Positions 8,256 through 18,172 of a stretch of DNA of 64,000 nucleotides are shown here, piece after piece. The stretch's first letter is position 1. Each line of letters begins with the position of its first letter. Made by a program: the position numbers and the translations under genes. The stretch lies in assembly GCA_049671725.1 (NCBI GenBank), contig JBATVK010000153.1:15575-79574 (forward strand), written 5' to 3'. The notes under the pieces were generated by a model. The model was not told where the DNA came from and ran no database searches. It saw nothing but the letters and a program-made list of their open reading frames with translations. The DNA is from Acidobacteriaceae bacterium (GTDB taxonomy: Bacteria; Acidobacteriota; Terriglobia; Terriglobales; Acidobacteriaceae).

Positions 8256-10943
8256 ATGCCGCGTCTTCGCTTTCCCGCCTTACTGATGCTTTCCGCTCTC
8301 ATCACAGCTTTTGCCATCGTGTCGACGCCTGCCCGCGCCCAGCAGCCGGCTGAGTCGTCGCGGCCCTGGCTCGACCCGTCGCTGCCCATCGATGAGCGCG
8401 TCGACGATCTCATCGCGCAAATGACCCTTGAAGAAAAGGTCCAGCAGATGCGCGACCACGCACCCGCCATCCCGCGCCTCGACGTGCCGAAATACGACTG
8501 GTGGAACGAAGGTCTGCACGGCGTAGCCTTCGCCGGCTACGCAACCAATTTCCCTCAGGTCATCGGCATGGCCGCCACCTTTGATGCGCCGCTGGTCCAC
8601 GCCATGGGGCAGACCATCTCCATCGAGGCGCGCGCCAAATACAACGAGGCAATCCGCCGGGGCGACCACGAGCAGTTCTTCGGGCTCACCTTCTGGGCGC
8701 CGAACATCAACATCTTTCGCGATCCGCGCTGGGGCCGTGGCCAGGAAACCTACGGAGAGGATCCATTTCTCACCAGCCGCATGGCCGTCGCGTTCGTCAC
8801 CGGCATGCAGGGCGACGATCCTCGCTACTTTCGCGTCGTCTCCACGCCCAAGCACTTCGATGTGCACAGCGGGCCCGAGCCGCTGCGTCACGGATTCAAC
8901 GTCGATGTCTCGCCGCACGACCTCGAAGACACGTATCTGCCCGCCTTCCGCGCCGCCGTCACCGAGGCCCACGCGCAGTCCGTGATGTGCGCCTACAACG
9001 CCGTCGACGGCGTGCCGGATTGCGCCAACGCCATGCTGCTCCGCGACCACCTGCGCGACGCCTGGCACTTTGACGGCTATGTGGTGAGCGACTGCGCCGC
9101 TGTCGCCGACATCGATACGGGCCATCACTACGCGCCCGACATGGCCTACGCTGCTGCGGACGCCGTCAAGGCCGGCACCGATCTCGAATGCCAGTATGGC
9201 GAGGGCCGGGCTTACGATTCGCTCGTAGACGCCGTCCACGAAGGCCTGGTTTCGGAATCCGATATCGACACTGCGCTGCATCGCCTCTTCCGCGCACGCT
9301 TCGAGTTGGGCATGTTCGATCCGCCGTCGAGCTTCGCCTACGGACGCATCCCCTTCAGCGTGGTCAACTCACCCGCGCATCGCCGGCTCTCGCTTCAGGC
9401 CGCGCGCGAGTCCATGGTGCTGCTGAAGAACGATCGCCACATTCTGCCGCTCAAGCCCGACATCGCGCGCATCGCTGTTGTCGGCCCCACCGCTGAACTC
9501 GTCCAGTCGCTGCAGGGCAATTACAACGGCCCGCCGCCGTTTCCCGTTTATCCCGTCGCTGGCATCGAGAAGCGCTTCGCCTCGGCGCGCGTGACTTACG
9601 CACAGGGCTCGACGCTCGTCGCTGGGATGCCCATCCCCATCGAGCACACCGCGCTGCATCCGGCCAGCGGCTCCGGATACGGCCTGACCGGCGAGTACTT
9701 CGCCTCGCCCGATCTGAGCGGTCAGCCCGTGCTCACGCGCACCGACCGCAACATCAATTTCAACTGGGATAAAGTCATCCCCGTTCCCGGTCTCGCGCGC
9801 AGCAGCTTTTCTGTGCGCTGGACCGGCAGCTTCACCCCGCCCGCGCCTGGCGATTACCAGCTCGGCGTGCGCATCAATTACTGCTACGCCTGCGAGAACA
9901 CCGAAGGCTTCCGCCTTTATCTTGACGGCAAACTGCTCGTGGCCAGCGCCAACAAAGCCACCAGCGAGCGCGGCGGCGGCTTTGAGGCCACCGTCCACTT
10001 CGACGACACCCGCTCGCACCCGATTCGCCTCGAATACTTCCACGATGGCGGCAGCGCCGGCATCGACCTCACGTGGCAGGCGCCCGCCTCAGCTTTGCGC
10101 GACGAGGCCGTGCGTGCCGCGCGCAATGCCGACGTCGTCATCGCCTGCGTTGGCCTCTCGCCGAATCTCGAGGGCGAAGAGATGCCCGTGCATCTCGATG
10201 GCTTCCAGGGCGGCGACCGCACCTCCATCGATCTGCCCGCCGCGCAGGAGGATCTGCTGCAAGCCGTCGCCGCCACCGGAAAGCCGCTGGTCGTCGTTCT
10301 CCAGAATGGGAGCGCGCTCGCCGTCAACTGGGCCGCGCAGCACGCCGCCGCCATCCTTGAGGCGTGGTATCCCGGCGAGGAAGGCGGCACGGCCATCGCC
10401 GAAACCCTTGCCGGCGACAACGATCCCGCCGGCCGCCTGCCGCTCACCTTCTATTCCTCGCTCAACCAGCTTCCGCCCTTCACCGATTACTCGATGAAGG
10501 ATCGCACGTATCGCTATTTCACCGGCACGCCGCTCTATCCCTTCGGCTATGGGCTCAGCTACACCACCTTCGCCTTCAGCGGGCTCAAAGCGCCGGCCGC
10601 CGTTCCGGCCGGAGAGCCGGTCACCATCGAAGGCGACGTGAAGAACACCGGCGCGGTGGCCGGCGATGAAGTGGTCGAGCTGTATCTGAGCCAGCCCAAA
10701 GCATTCGAGACGCCCATCCGCGAGCTGGCAGGCTTCCGCCGCGTGCATCTGGAGCCGGGGCAATCCGCGCACGTGGCGCTCACCATCGATCCGCGCTCGC
10801 TCGGCCAGGTCGACGCGCAGGGCATGCGCGTCATTCTGCCCGGCCATTACAGCGTTTCGCTCGGAGGTTCGCAGCCCGGCGGCTCCGCGTCCGTGCTCAC
10901 CGGGCAATTTACCGTCACCGGGCAGAAGGCTCTGCCGGAATGA
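8256..10943 (+). CDS. secreted GH3 beta-glucosidase/beta-xylosidase with an inserted PA14 domain
   Basis: GH3 N- and C-terminal domains (FRDPRWGRGQETYGEDP, VVSDCAAV). A PA14-like insert is present (GLTGEYFASPDLSGQPV...FSVRWTGSFTPPAPGDYQLG), plus an Fn3-like C-terminus. Signal peptide MPRLRFPALLMLSALITAFAIVSTPARA. A GAGGAGG SD lies 5 nt upstream of the ATG at 8256. Confidence 0.9.
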   Translation: MPRLRFPALLMLSALITAFAIVSTPARAQQPAESSRPWLDPSLPIDERVDDLIAQMTLEEKVQQMRDHAPAIPRLDVPKYDWWNEGLHGVAFAGYATNFPQVIGMAATFDAPLVHAMGQTISIEARAKYNEAIRRGDHEQFFGLTFWAPNINIFRDPRWGRGQETYGEDPFLTSRMAVAFVTGMQGDDPRYFRVVSTPKHFDVHSGPEPLRHGFNVDVSPHDLEDTYLPAFRAAVTEAHAQSVMCAYNAVDGVPDCANAMLLRDHLRDAWHFDGYVVSDCAAVADIDTGHHYAPDMAYAAADAVKAGTDLECQYGEGRAYDSLVDAVHEGLVSESDIDTALHRLFRARFELGMFDPPSSFAYGRIPFSVVNSPAHRRLSLQAARESMVLLKNDRHILPLKPDIARIAVVGPTAELVQSLQGNYNGPPPFPVYPVAGIEKRFASARVTYAQGSTLVAGMPIPIEHTALHPASGSGYGLTGEYFASPDLSGQPVLTRTDRNINFNWDKVIPVPGLARSSFSVRWTGSFTPPAPGDYQLGVRINYCYACENTEGFRLYLDGKLLVASANKATSERGGGFEATVHFDDTRSHPIRLEYFHDGGSAGIDLTWQAPASALRDEAVRAARNADVVIACVGLSPNLEGEEMPVHLDGFQGGDRTSIDLPAAQEDLLQAVAATGKPLVVVLQNGSALAVNWAAQHAAAILEAWYPGEEGGTAIAETLAGDNDPAGRLPLTFYSSLNQLPPFTDYSMKDRTYRYFTGTPLYPFGYGLSYTTFAFSGLKAPAAVPAGEPVTIEGDVKNTGAVAGDEVVELYLSQPKAFETPIRELAGFRRVHLEPGQSAHVALTIDPRSLGQVDAQGMRVILPGHYSVSLGGSQPGGSASVLTGQFTVTGQKALPE

Positions 10944-10958
10944 CCGGCGCCGATTCGC

Positions 10959-13900
10959 TCACGCCGCTTTCTTGATCGCGCGGGCGGTAACCACGCCCAG
11001 GAGGCCCAGCGCCACCAGCGTCACCGCTGCGCTCATCCGCGCCATGCGCCGCGCATGCTTCCGCTCTTCCACCAGGCTCGCTTCCGGCAGACCTTCCGGC
11101 GGAATGGGGCTCGCGCTGTCGGCTTCTTTCTGCGCCATGCGGATCACCTCCGCCAGGTGCAGCCCCTGACGATTCGTCTCCTGCGCAATCTGCGTCCGGC
11201 AGCTGAAGCCATCCGCCAGGATCAGCGTCGTCTCTGGCGCCTCGCGTACCGCGGGCAACAGCGCACGCTCGCCAATCTGCCGCGAGATGTCGTATTTATC
11301 CGCCTCGAATCCAAACGAGCCGGCCATGCCGCAGCAGCCCGAGGCTAATACGTTCGCGTCCAGACCCATGCGCTCCATCACCCTGGTCTCAGCGTCGAAG
11401 CGGATCACCGATTTGTGATGGCAGTGCCCCTGCACCAGCGCCTTGCGCGCCATGCGCGGCATCCTGAAATCCGGCGCCTTCTTCTCCAGCAATTCGCTCA
11501 GCACCACCGTCTGCGCGCGCAGCTGGTCGGCCAGCTTGTCGTTCGGGAACAGATTGTGCAGTTCGTCGCGGAAGACCGTCGCGCAGCTGGGTTCCAGCAC
11601 CACCACGGGCACGCCGGCTTCAATGTCTTTACGCAGCACGCGCATGATGCGCTCCAGATACTGCTTCGCGAGATCGAGAAATCCGTAATCGTAGAGCGGC
11701 CGCCCGCAGCAAAGATGCTTCTGAGGCACCTTCACTTCGAAACCCGCGCTCTCCAGCACTTCCGCAGCCGACTGCGCCGTTTCCGGAAAGAAGTAGTTGT
11801 TGAACGTATCCGGCCACAGGATCACCCTGCCCCGCGGCGCAGGATGCTTCTTCTGGTGCTTGCGAAACCAGCTCTGGAACGTCTCCGGCGCGAATTCAGG
11901 AATGCTGCGGCCCTGCGGCATCCCAGCCAGCGACTTGGCAATCCCGTTCAGCCCCGGCGTCTGCGTCACCAGATTCACCAGCCCGGGCCACCGTGACGCG
12001 ATCCGCGACCACTGATCGATCAGCCCGAACGCATAGGCATAGCGCGGGCGGAAGCGGCCCTCCCAGTAATGGGAGAGAAACTCCGCCTTATAGGTCGCGA
12101 TGTCGACGTTGACCGGGCAATCGCCCTTGCAACCCTTGCAGGAAAGGCACAGGTCCAGCGCCTCTTTCACGTTCTCGTCGCGCCAGCGGTCCTCCAGCAC
12201 GCCGCCATGCAGCATCTCCCACAAATGGTGCGCGCGGCCCCGCGTGGTGTGCCGCTCTTCACGCGTGACCATGAAACTGGGACACATGGTGTCGTCTTCG
12301 GCGCGCGTGCCCTCCTTGCGCCGGCACTTGCCAATGCCCACGCAGCGCAGCGCCGCATGCGCAAAGCTGCCGCCATCGTCGGGAAACTGGAAATGCGTCT
12401 TCGGATCCCACGGCTGGTAGTTCGCGCCCAGCCGCAAATCCTCGTCCATGCGGTTCGGCTCGACAATCTTACCCGGATTCATCTTCCAGTCCGGATCCCA
12501 GAGTGTCTTGTACTCCTGGAACGCGCGAATCAGATCCGGGCCGAACATCTTGCCCAGAAATTCCGCGCGCGCCTGCCCGTCGCCGTGCTCGCCGCTCCAG
12601 CTGCCTTCGTGCTTCAGGCACAGATCGGTCGCCTCATTCATAAACGAGCGCCATTTCCGGATGCCCTCCGCGCTGGTCAGGTCGAAATCCACGCGGCAAT
12701 GCACGCATGCCTGCCCAAAGTGCCCGTACAGTGCGGGGTTGTACTCGTACTTGTTGTAGAGCGCGCGCAATTCGCGCAGATACGAGCCCAGTTTCTCCGG
12801 CGCGACCGCGGAATCTTCCCATCCCGGCCAGGTGTCCGGCTCGCCTGGCACAAACGCTGTCGCGCCCAGCCCCGATTCGCGTACCTCCCAGATGTGGTGC
12901 ATCTCGTCCGAGTCGGTCAGCAGCTTCATGTGCGGCGCCCGGCCAGCCTGTCTCAGCTTTCCCATCGCCTGCTGCGCCTGATCGATCGCGTCCTGTTTGC
13001 GATCCGCCCCAAATTCCGCCAGCAGCCAGCCGTTGCCCTCCGGCAGCAAATGCAGATATTGATTGTGCCGGTCGCCCTTCTTCACCATGTTGTCGCGCAG
13101 CCGGTGGTCGATGCCCTCCAGCGCGATCGGATGCAGGGCGTCGATCTCCATCACGTGGTCTGCGGCCTCGTAAACATCCGGATAGCCGAGCAGCAGGATC
13201 GCCCGCTCAGCCTTGGCATCGATCAGCCGGCACTTCGCTTCGAGGATCGTCACCAGCGTGCCTTCGCTGCCCACCAGAGCCCGCGCGATGTTGAACCGCC
13301 CGTCCTTGTCAGGCACCAGATCGTTCAGGTTGTAGCCGGAAACCCGCCGCGGAATGGGCGGGTATTTCTCGCGAATCTTCTCCGCGTAGCGCTCGCGCAG
13401 CGCCTTCAGCCCCGCGTAAATCTCCCCAACTCTGCCGCCTGCGGCGATGTGCCGCTCCAGATCCGCCTCCGTCACCCAGCCCACATTCATCCGCGTGCCG
13501 TCATAGAGCAGGATCTCCAGCTCGTCGATGTTGTTCTCCACCTTCCCGGCCATCTGCGCGTGCGCGCCGCAGGAGTTGTTCCCGATCATCCCTCCGAAGC
13601 AGCAATGATTGTGCGTCGCCGGGTCAGGTCCCCAGGTGAGCTGCTGGCCGGTGAGCCGCATCGCCGTGTTGCGCAGATCGTCGCACACGGTTCCGGGCAG
13701 CACCCGCGCCCAGCGTTCCTGCGCGTTCACCTCCAGCACCTTGTGCATGTATTTCGACCAGTCGAGAACGATGGCCGTGTTGCAGGTCTGCCCCGCCAGG
13801 CTGGTCCCGCCTGCGCGCGACAACAGGGGCGCGCCGAATTTCCTGCACGCGGCCACCGCTTGCACCACATCGTCCTTTGACTTCGGGATCACCACCCCAA

Positions 13901-14096
13901 TCGGCGGCTGCCGGTAATTTGAGGCGTCCACTGCATACATCGCCCGCGTCCCCGGATCGAATCGGACTTCGCCTTCCACTGACTTTTCCAGCTCGCGCCG
14001 CAGCCCTTCCACGTCCACGTCGCCGGTGCCGCGTCGCGCGCCCAGCGGTCGGGTGAGTTCTTCAGGAGCGATGAGCGGAGTTGGCTCGGCGGACAT
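10959..14096 (-). CDS. YdiJ-like fused FAD-binding (GlcD-type) / 4Fe-4S / CCG-domain oxidoreductase with a C-terminal hydrophobic anchor
   Basis: 1045 aa. It has an N-terminal FAD_binding_4-like region, the ferredoxin motif CLSCKGCKGDCP, and Cys-rich CCG-type repeats near the C-terminus. The last 30 aa form a hydrophobic helix (AAVTLVALGLLGVVTARAI). An AAGGAGG SD precedes the ATG at 14096. Confidence 0.85.
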   Translation of the reverse strand: MSAEPTPLIAPEELTRPLGARRGTGDVDVEGLRRELEKSVEGEVRFDPGTRAMYAVDASNYRQPPIGVVIPKSKDDVVQAVAACRKFGAPLLSRAGGTSLAGQTCNTAIVLDWSKYMHKVLEVNAQERWARVLPGTVCDDLRNTAMRLTGQQLTWGPDPATHNHCCFGGMIGNNSCGAHAQMAGKVENNIDELEILLYDGTRMNVGWVTEADLERHIAAGGRVGEIYAGLKALRERYAEKIREKYPPIPRRVSGYNLNDLVPDKDGRFNIARALVGSEGTLVTILEAKCRLIDAKAERAILLLGYPDVYEAADHVMEIDALHPIALEGIDHRLRDNMVKKGDRHNQYLHLLPEGNGWLLAEFGADRKQDAIDQAQQAMGKLRQAGRAPHMKLLTDSDEMHHIWEVRESGLGATAFVPGEPDTWPGWEDSAVAPEKLGSYLRELRALYNKYEYNPALYGHFGQACVHCRVDFDLTSAEGIRKWRSFMNEATDLCLKHEGSWSGEHGDGQARAEFLGKMFGPDLIRAFQEYKTLWDPDWKMNPGKIVEPNRMDEDLRLGANYQPWDPKTHFQFPDDGGSFAHAALRCVGIGKCRRKEGTRAEDDTMCPSFMVTREERHTTRGRAHHLWEMLHGGVLEDRWRDENVKEALDLCLSCKGCKGDCPVNVDIATYKAEFLSHYWEGRFRPRYAYAFGLIDQWSRIASRWPGLVNLVTQTPGLNGIAKSLAGMPQGRSIPEFAPETFQSWFRKHQKKHPAPRGRVILWPDTFNNYFFPETAQSAAEVLESAGFEVKVPQKHLCCGRPLYDYGFLDLAKQYLERIMRVLRKDIEAGVPVVVLEPSCATVFRDELHNLFPNDKLADQLRAQTVVLSELLEKKAPDFRMPRMARKALVQGHCHHKSVIRFDAETRVMERMGLDANVLASGCCGMAGSFGFEADKYDISRQIGERALLPAVREAPETTLILADGFSCRTQIAQETNRQGLHLAEVIRMAQKEADSASPIPPEGLPEASLVEERKHARRMARMSAAVTLVALGLLGVVTARAIKKAA

Positions 14097-14123
14097 AAGG
14101 CCTCCTTGGCGGCTGGTGGGAGA

Positions 14124-15227
14124 TTATGCGGCGAACTTCCTCGCATCCGCGCGGCGCAGCACCAGCCCGTTGCCGGGCCGCGAAAGATCGGGGCGCAGCG
14201 TACCGCGCGTCAGTTCCGGCAGGCCGTCGAAGAGCATGCGCTCGATGCGAACGTGGTCGTGGAAATACTCCATCTCGGTGAAGGGAATAGCTGCGCACGC
14301 GGCATGGGTGTGCAGCGCCGGCGCGGTGTGAGACGACAGCGGCACATTATGCGCCTCGCATAGCGCGGCCACCTGCATGAACCCGGTCACCCCGCCGCAC
14401 CGCGTCATGTCGGCCTGCAGCACGTCCACGGCGCTCGCCGCCAGCATTCTTTGAAAATCGAAGATCCGGTAGCCGTATTCGCCCGCTGCGATCTCCATCC
14501 GCGCCGGAGCGCGATCCCGCACGAAACGCAGGCCCTCAAGATTGTCCGAAGTGACCGGCTCCTCGAACCAGCGCACGTCGAACTCAGCCAGCATGCTGGT
14601 CTGCTCCAGCGCCTGCCGGGGCGAGTAGGCGCCATTGGCGTCGACATACAGCCGCGTCTTCGGCCCGATCGCTTCCCGCGCCACGCGCACCCGCTCTTCG
14701 TCGCGCTGGGCGTCGCGTCCGATCTTCATCTTCACCGCGGCCATGCCCTCGTGCGCCCATCCTCCCAGCTGCTGTGCAAGCTGGCGGTCCGTGTAGGAGG
14801 TGAACCCGCCGCTGCCGTACACCGCTGCGCCCCCGCGCACTTCACCCAGCAGCGTCACCAGCGGAACCTTCAGCAGCCGTGCCTTCAGATCCCACAGCGC
14901 GCAGTCCACCGCTGAAATCGCCATGGAGGCCACGCCCGGCCGGCCCAGATTGCGAATCCGCTGCCAGATTGCCATGTACGCCGCGGTCGGCGACAGCGCA
15001 TCCATGCCCCGAATGACGCCCCCCAGTACCTCGTGGATCAGCGTCGCCGTCGCATTGTCGGCATAGGTATAGCCCATGCCCTGCTCGCCCCCGGCCGTCA
15101 CCGTGGCGATGACGATGCTGGTCCGGTCCCACTCCAGCGTGCCGTCCGACTCCGGCGTCTCCGTCGGCACCGTGTAACCCTCAACCGTGAGAGATTCGAT
15201 CTCCGCGCTCTCAGTACTTCTCCGCAA
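14124..15227 (-). CDS. enolase-superfamily enzyme (mandelate racemase / muconate lactonizing enzyme family)
   Basis: KxK motif (VKMKIG), metal ligands (VDANGAY, FEEP, EIAAGE), a conserved late His (SSHTAP), and VLQADMTRCGGVTG. The ORF-track start at 15617 adds about 130 Arg/Ala/Pro/Ser-rich residues that overlap the divergent SDR gene. I propose the TTG at 15227 (LRRSTESAEIESLTVEGY...). The exact start is uncertain. Confidence 0.8.
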   Translation of the reverse strand: MRRSTESAEIESLTVEGYTVPTETPESDGTLEWDRTSIVIATVTAGGEQGMGYTYADNATATLIHEVLGGVIRGMDALSPTAAYMAIWQRIRNLGRPGVASMAISAVDCALWDLKARLLKVPLVTLLGEVRGGAAVYGSGGFTSYTDRQLAQQLGGWAHEGMAAVKMKIGRDAQRDEERVRVAREAIGPKTRLYVDANGAYSPRQALEQTSMLAEFDVRWFEEPVTSDNLEGLRFVRDRAPARMEIAAGEYGYRIFDFQRMLAASAVDVLQADMTRCGGVTGFMQVAALCEAHNVPLSSHTAPALHTHAACAAIPFTEMEYFHDHVRIERMLFDGLPELTRGTLRPDLSRPGNGLVLRRADARKFAA

Positions 15228-15420
15228 AACTGCTCGTGGTCTGCTGAATAACAAGGCCGGTGCTCCGCGCTTCCCAGAATGCTTCGATGAGCAGCGGCGC
15301 AGCGCGGTTATCCCCCGGTGCTCCGCATGCCGGAGCAGCCGTGCCGCGCCCGTTTTGCGCGCTGCGGCAAAGCCTTGCCATTTCTGCGCATCCAAGCCTT
15401 TGGAAGTCGAGGGGAGCAAC

Positions 15421-16488
15421 GTGCCTGAACATGAAGTCGTCGTGATCACCGGAGCTTCGGCCGGAGTAGGCCGCGCTACGGTGCGGGAATTCGCACGCCG
15501 CGGCGCATCGATTGGCCTGATCGCCCGCGGCACGGAGGGTCTCGAAGGCGCTCGGCGCGAGGTGGAAGCGCTGGGCGGCAAGGCGCTGGCGCTGCCGGTC
15601 GACGTGGCCGATTCCAATCAGATGAACGACGCCGCCGCGCAGGTGGAGCGCGAACTCGGCCCCATCGACATCTGGGTCAACGACGCCATGACCTCGGTTT
15701 TCGCGCCCATCAAAGAGATGACCGGCGAGGAATTCCGCCGCGTCACGGAAGTGACCTACCTCGGCTTCGTCAACGGCAGCCTGGCGGCGCTCAAATACAT
15801 GCTGCCGCGCGATCGCGGCGTCATCGTGCATGTCGGCTCGGCGCTGGCCTATCGCAGCATCCCGCTCCAGGCCGCCTACTGCGGCGCGAAACACGCGACC
15901 CTGGGCTTTTTCTCCGCGCTGCGCACCGAGCTGCTCCACGACAAGAGTCACGTCCGCACGGTTATGGTGCAGATGCCGGCGCTGAATACGCCCCAGTTCG
16001 GCTGGTGCCGCAGCAAGCTGCCGCGCAAGGCGCAGCCCGTGCCGCCCATCTTTCAGCCCGAGGTCGCCGCGCGCGCCATCGTCTATGCCGCGCACCATCC
16101 CTGGCGGCGCGAGTACTTCGTCGGCGGATCCACCGTTAAGGCCATCTTCGGCAACAAAGTCGCGCCCTGGCTTCTCGACTGGTACCTGGCCCGCAACGGC
16201 TACGACGCCCAGCAGTACGACGGCCACGAAGATCCCGACCGCCCCGATAATCTCTACAATCCGGTCCCGGGCGACCATGGCGCGCACGGCGCTTTTGACA
16301 GCCGCGCCAAACCGGAAAGCTGGGAATTCTGGGCGGAATCGCATCTGTTCTGGCTGGCCGGTGCGGCCGCGCTCAGCGTTGGCCTCGCGGGCTTCGCGTG
16401 GCAGCGCTTCCACCGGACGTCCCCGGCGAAAAAGGTCACCCACACCCTGAAAGCCGTGAAGGAAGTCCTTCGGGCAAAAGTCGCCTGA
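15421..16488 (+). CDS. short-chain dehydrogenase/reductase (SDR) with a C-terminal extension containing a hydrophobic helix
   Basis: Cofactor motif ITGASAGVGRA and catalytic motif YCGAKHA. The GTG at 15421 is preceded by a GAGGGGAG SD. The C-terminal segment LFWLAGAAALSVGLAGFAW is TM-like. Confidence 0.85.
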   Translation: MPEHEVVVITGASAGVGRATVREFARRGASIGLIARGTEGLEGARREVEALGGKALALPVDVADSNQMNDAAAQVERELGPIDIWVNDAMTSVFAPIKEMTGEEFRRVTEVTYLGFVNGSLAALKYMLPRDRGVIVHVGSALAYRSIPLQAAYCGAKHATLGFFSALRTELLHDKSHVRTVMVQMPALNTPQFGWCRSKLPRKAQPVPPIFQPEVAARAIVYAAHHPWRREYFVGGSTVKAIFGNKVAPWLLDWYLARNGYDAQQYDGHEDPDRPDNLYNPVPGDHGAHGAFDSRAKPESWEFWAESHLFWLAGAAALSVGLAGFAWQRFHRTSPAKKVTHTLKAVKEVLRAKVA

Positions 16489-16498
16489 GCAGGCTTCG

Positions 16499-18106
16499 TC
16501 AGGCGTTCGTCGCTGCCAGAGAGACGCGCTCGTTCGCCGCAATAGTGAATGAGCGCTCCGGCATTCCGCCTATCCGCAGCGTCACTTGCGACGCTCCCTC
16601 TGCGATGCCGATCGCTTCGCGTATCGCGCCATCCCGCGTGCTCAGCAGCCGGACCACCCCGGTCACCTGTGCTGCGCGCCGGCTCGCAAGCCGCAACTCT
16701 GCCGATCCTCCTCTGTACGACAATTCAGCCCCCACTCCATGCACCGTTGCCGCAAACTCCGAGCGCCCAGCCGCAGGGGGACGGACATTCCACTCCACCA
16801 GCTCTCCGTTCTCCCGAACGCCCGACAGCCTCCACAGAAATTCCCCGAACACCAACGCCGCCGGGGAGTATCCTCCTGGGTCGCCCTGCGTAAACGCGCC
16901 CGTCAGCGGATCCATCTGCTGCCGGAAGGCGTTCTCCTGGCCAATCGCCTCTACCCACCGCTGCATCAACTGTGCCAGCTCCGCCGGCTTGCCATAGTGC
17001 TCCATCCATCGCGGAGCCCGCAGCGCCGTCAGCGCCTGCGCCGCTCCACCCCACGAATTCTGTGGAATCGGCCGCACGAACTCCGGATCCTCCAGCGCCA
17101 CCGAAGGAAACGGATACGGAGCCCAGAACGCCTGCGGATTGTGAACCTGCTTCTGCCACACCGTCGCGAACAGTTCCGGATCAGCCACATGCTCGCCCAG
17201 CACCCGCAGGGTCGCTGTGCTGCGCACCCGCACAAAGCGGTTTTCCGCATCGAGATCGTAGAACGCTCCGTCGCGAGCATCGTAGAGCCGCTCCACAATC
17301 AGCTTCCGGATCGTCGCCGCGGCCTCCGTCCAGCGGTCCGCCTCGCCGCTTCTGCCCAGCGCCCGCGCCATCGCCGCCAGCGCCACGCGCCCCCCGTACA
17401 CCGCCGCTGAAAGGTCGGGACACAGCCGCGGCAGCCCCGCACCCCGCAGACACCGCCGTGCGTCGCCATCCGGACAGCTGTTGGGCACGCCCTTCCACCG
17501 AGGACTGTTGTCCATCCCCGTATCCCAGGTGCAAAAGCCCTCGCACAATCCCGTCCCGCGCGTGTTCCGATAGCGCATCAGCCACGCGTCCCACCGCGCG
17601 CAGGCCTCGTACGCTTTCGTCAGCAGCTCTTCGTCGCCCCACCTCTGGGCCAGTTCCCATGCGGTCGCGGCAATCGGAACCACCATCTGGATCTGCCCAA
17701 ATTCCGGTCCCCCGCTCTTCACGCTGTACGGCAGCTGCCCATCCGGCTTTTGCAGCGCGAAAAAGATCAGGTGATTGTTACGTGCCACGCTGCGCGCTGT
17801 CTCCGTCTCCAGCGACGCAAACACCGCGCCTTCCTGCGGGCCGCACTCCAGCCAGATGCCCCGATAGACGCTGCCTTCCGCGAGCACCGGCTGCGGCCAC
17901 GCAGGCAAACGCAGCACATTGCCGCGTAGTGTCGCCAGCGCAGACTCGTAAAGCGTTGTCAGCCTGCCGTCGTCGCTCCGGAAACGCGGTCCCTCGGCAG
18001 GCTCCTCGGCAACCAATTTCTGACTCCCGGCCTCAGCCCAGACCGCCGCCAGAGCTCCCCGTAACACAAAATCCCGCCGATTCATGCTCCGCCGCGTCTC
18101 CCGCAT
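16499..18106 (-). CDS. Tat-exported (alpha/alpha)6 six-hairpin glycosidase, GH63/trehalase/MGH1-like
   Basis: Twin-arginine motif SMNRRDFVLRGALAA. The WDTGMDNSPRW motif is typical of GH63/GH37-like barrels. The family assignment is by motif only. The start could instead be the ATG at 18085. Confidence 0.65.
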   Translation of the reverse strand: MRETRRSMNRRDFVLRGALAAVWAEAGSQKLVAEEPAEGPRFRSDDGRLTTLYESALATLRGNVLRLPAWPQPVLAEGSVYRGIWLECGPQEGAVFASLETETARSVARNNHLIFFALQKPDGQLPYSVKSGGPEFGQIQMVVPIAATAWELAQRWGDEELLTKAYEACARWDAWLMRYRNTRGTGLCEGFCTWDTGMDNSPRWKGVPNSCPDGDARRCLRGAGLPRLCPDLSAAVYGGRVALAAMARALGRSGEADRWTEAAATIRKLIVERLYDARDGAFYDLDAENRFVRVRSTATLRVLGEHVADPELFATVWQKQVHNPQAFWAPYPFPSVALEDPEFVRPIPQNSWGGAAQALTALRAPRWMEHYGKPAELAQLMQRWVEAIGQENAFRQQMDPLTGAFTQGDPGGYSPAALVFGEFLWRLSGVRENGELVEWNVRPPAAGRSEFAATVHGVGAELSYRGGSAELRLASRRAAQVTGVVRLLSTRDGAIREAIGIAEGASQVTLRIGGMPERSFTIAANERVSLAATNA

Positions 18107-18172
18107 ACGATAATCTGATACAAGTCAGGCGCAGTGTCGCGTCTGACCGGCGGGAACGTCCCGCGCCCACTT

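Noticed and set aside
15228-15617. 130-aa N-terminal extension of the enolase-superfamily ORF
   Set aside because: The extension is Ser/Arg/Pro/Ala-rich, lies outside the conserved MR/MLE N-terminal domain and overlaps the SDR gene's start and promoter region on the other strand. A TTG just before the conserved domain gives a normal-length protein.
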